From positions 1,728,001 through 1,792,000 of the forward strand of contig CAVZYA010000001.1 of NCBI GenBank assembly GCA_963779415.1: a DNA stretch of 64,000 nt, in the 5' to 3' direction. Source of the DNA: an uncultured Acidobacteriota bacterium (GTDB lineage: Bacteria > Acidobacteriota > Thermoanaerobaculia > UBA5066). Positions 61,977 through 64,000 of this stretch are shown here, in pieces. The notes beneath the pieces are model-generated. The model made no database searches and had not been told where the DNA came from. It saw only the letters and a program-made list of their open reading frames with translations. Positions within the stretch are counted from its first letter, which is position 1; every line of letters starts with the position of its first letter. Made by a program: the position numbers and the translations under genes.

Positions 61977-61992
61977 AGCGAGTCCCGTGCCG
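61977..61992 (-). promoter_or_regulatory. sigma54 -24/-12 promoter candidate for pilY1
   Basis: Minus strand CGGCACGGGACTCGCT (GG-N10-GC). Confidence 0.55.
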
Positions 61993-62128
61993 CTCTCCCG
62001 ATCAGGCACGGAAGATATTCTGGCATAAAGACTTGACCTGAGTGGCTTCCCCGGAAACCGCGCCCGACAGGAACTCGAGACGACTCGTTTTGTAACAACT
62101 GTTCCGGCTCCGAAGCGTGGCGGCCGTT

Positions 62129-62752
62129 CTACTTGCTCTTCGCACCCGAGCTGGTTCCTCCGGCATTCGTCAGGTACTGGCCGCCGACGAGGGAGCCGAG
62201 GGCGCCGGTCAGGAGCTGCTCCTCGAGGATCTTCGTGAAGTTCCGTCCGCCGGCCCCCTGCACCTGCCCGACGGAGATGAGAAGAATGACACTGTCGGTG
62301 TCGATCGCCTCGAGACCCGAGGGATCGTCCGGATTGTTCCGGACGTAGATCGAGTAGGAGCCGCGGTCGACGACGTTCCCGGGAACCGGGACCACCTGGT
62401 TCACGAAATCCTTCGGGTTGCCGTCCTCGGGGTCCGTGGCGTGGAGAATGATCCCCTGCCAGCCGCCGCCGGGAACGTTCAGGGGGGGCGAACAGCCCCC
62501 ACAGGTCAGGATGGACGAGAGGGAGATTCCGACGCCGACGACCGCGTTGCTGATGACCGATTCGCCCTTCCGGAGGCCCACCTCCGCCACGTAGAACGAG
62601 GCGCGCGTCAGCCGGGCGTTCCCCGAGAGGCCCTCCTCGATCTGGGCGAAGTAGGCGACCCCCAGCCCGACGATCGTCAGGACGAGGATCACGAGGATGA
62701 CGGTGACGAGTGCGCTTCCGCGGGACGGGCGGCGGACGACGTCTCTTCTCAC
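62129..62752 (-). CDS. pilX: PilX-like minor pilin
   Basis: RGSALVTVILVILVLTIVGLG, ASFYVAEVGL, YVRNNPDD, ISVGQ. Confidence 0.8.
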   Translation of the reverse strand: MRRDVVRRPSRGSALVTVILVILVLTIVGLGVAYFAQIEEGLSGNARLTRASFYVAEVGLRKGESVISNAVVGVGISLSSILTCGGCSPPLNVPGGGWQGIILHATDPEDGNPKDFVNQVVPVPGNVVDRGSYSIYVRNNPDDPSGLEAIDTDSVILLISVGQVQGAGGRNFTKILEEQLLTGALGSLVGGQYLTNAGGTSSGAKSK

Positions 62753-62757
62753 GGCGT

Positions 62758-64000
62758 TCAACTCCCCAGCATCCGGTTCTTCAGCATGACCGTCACGGTG
62801 GCCCGGAAGTGCTCGAAGTCGTCCGGTGTGCCCGGCGTCGTCCGGTTCTCGACCGCCGGGCGGAAGCGGAGGAGCGAATTCGACATTTGCCTTGCGCCGA
62901 ACGTGACCGGGCGCGATCGGGCGACGACGGAGAAGCGAAGCCCCATCACCTGGGTGATGTCCCGTGCGGGGGCCGGGGCCGTCGGACCGGCCTGCCAGGG
63001 CACGTCGTCGATGCACTGGTTGTTGCAATCGGCCGGGATCGGCGTCGGCCCGGGGCCCGAGCCGCCAGGCGTCGGCGTCGGTCCCGGGGCGGGGGCCGTG
63101 TAGTTCTTCAGGTCGTACGTGGCGTTCGCCGTCTGCCAGAAAGTCCCGTCCGAGTAGAGCCACGAGACCTGGAGGTCCTCGATGTTCTCGATGATCGGGA
63201 CGAAGGCTGTGCCGGGGTTGTCGGTCGTCGGGTCGAAGAGCCCGGCCTTCTGCTGGAGGGTCGGAACATTGTTCACGGTCATGACGCGGAAGGAGAACGC
63301 CTCGAGCCCCGTGACGAGGTAGACCGGGTCGTTCATCGTCCCCGGGTGACCGCCGGGCGGGTCGAGAGGCCCGTCCCCGCCGGCCGAAGGAGGCGCCGTC
63401 CCGGGCTCCGTCTGTATGTGGACGTTCCAGCCGTTCATCACCGCACAGCCGTCGGTCGCCGGGTTCGCGTCGACGTAGGCCTTGATCCGGAAGTACTGCC
63501 AGAGGCCCTGGTTGTCCTGGAGGAGAAGCATGGCGTTGCTGTGCCCCGTCCCGTTCTCGCCCGTCACGGCCTTGAACGCCGTCATGTTCGCGGCGTCGTC
63601 GTTGCCGACGCCGCATCCTCCCCTGAAGCCGACGTAGTAGTCGCGCGTCGGGGGGGAATAGCCGAGCCAGTTCGGATAGAGGGGGTACTTCCCGGGGGGG
63701 CCCGTCGGGAGAAGAATCGAGATGACGTCGGTGCCGGCGTCGCCGAACGCGGTCAGCCCCGCCGAGAGGATCGAGTTTCCCGTCTCGCTCCCGGTCAGGT
63801 TGTCGTAGGTGGCCTGAACCCGGCTCGCGGGGTTCGACGCGTCGCTGTTGTAGTAGGTGACGATCGCGTTCTGGGCGCCGATGCCGACGTCCGTCGCCCC
63901 CTGCAGGAAGTGGGAGAGGTAGTCCACGGCGCGACGGGCCGTCTGGCGCGGCTCGATGGCGATCTGCACCCGCTCGGCGAAGGAGCGCATCGTGAAGAGG
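62758..64000 (-). CDS. pilW: PilW-like minor pilin (5' end outside the window)
   Basis: RQTARRAVDYL helix, IIENIEDLQVSW, GLRFSVVARS, TVMLKN. Confidence 0.75.
   Translation of the reverse strand, partial: LFTMRSFAERVQIAIEPRQTARRAVDYLSHFLQGATDVGIGAQNAIVTYYNSDASNPASRVQATYDNLTGSETGNSILSAGLTAFGDAGTDVISILLPTGPPGKYPLYPNWLGYSPPTRDYYVGFRGGCGVGNDDAANMTAFKAVTGENGTGHSNAMLLLQDNQGLWQYFRIKAYVDANPATDGCAVMNGWNVHIQTEPGTAPPSAGGDGPLDPPGGHPGTMNDPVYLVTGLEAFSFRVMTVNNVPTLQQKAGLFDPTTDNPGTAFVPIIENIEDLQVSWLYSDGTFWQTANATYDLKNYTAPAPGPTPTPGGSGPGPTPIPADCNNQCIDDVPWQAGPTAPAPARDITQVMGLRFSVVARSRPVTFGARQMSNSLLRFRPAVENRTTPGTPDDFEHFRATVTVMLKNRMLGS

Noticed and set aside
62021-62040. TGGCATAAAGACTTGA as a + strand sigma54 site
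   Set aside because: Spacing does not give GG-N10-GC and no + strand gene follows
60246-62041. Long + strand Val/Gly-rich and poly-Arg ORFs
   Set aside because: Antisense shadows of the Pro/Thr repeat in pilY1

Overview
GC-rich bacterial chromosome window with about 60 genes, mostly housekeeping. Gene style (diderm lptD and BamA-like genes, DUF507, TIGR02757, MXAN_5187-like, IPTL-CTERM and secreted propeller proteins) suggests Acidobacteriota/Thermoanaerobaculia; this is an inference. Content in order: rpmA-rplU; LemA with two TPM genes; an oxidative-stress locus (rubrerythrin, Fe-S oxidoreductase, DUF3501, SixA, divergent from peroxiredoxin-trxB, with Fur-family-like boxes); a desaturase; a BamA-like OMP, pduO, hisJ, queD and FKBP; a COG2403 P-loop ligase; the tal-tkt-zwf-glk-fbp operon; hflX; a thiolase/CoA-transferase/lptD/DUF92-kinase/UbiA operon; ruvX-mltG and a pseudokinase-TonB fusion; acyl-CoA carboxylase; tldD/E; selA; a sigma54 activator; and a type IV minor-pilin locus with a giant PilY1 carrying about 450 aa of Pro/Thr repeat. 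The most notable structure is two integrase-free 3.2-3.6 kb micro-islands (8214-11473 and 16556-20145). Each is bounded by an exact 27-29 bp direct repeat lying inside a protein-coding gene whose end is duplicated. Each carries a toxin-antitoxin pair, a secreted beta-propeller gene, gene debris and a CTGACCCTT motif followed by short tandem duplications. Several single-base frameshifts look like assembly errors. No tRNA, rRNA or CRISPR array was seen.
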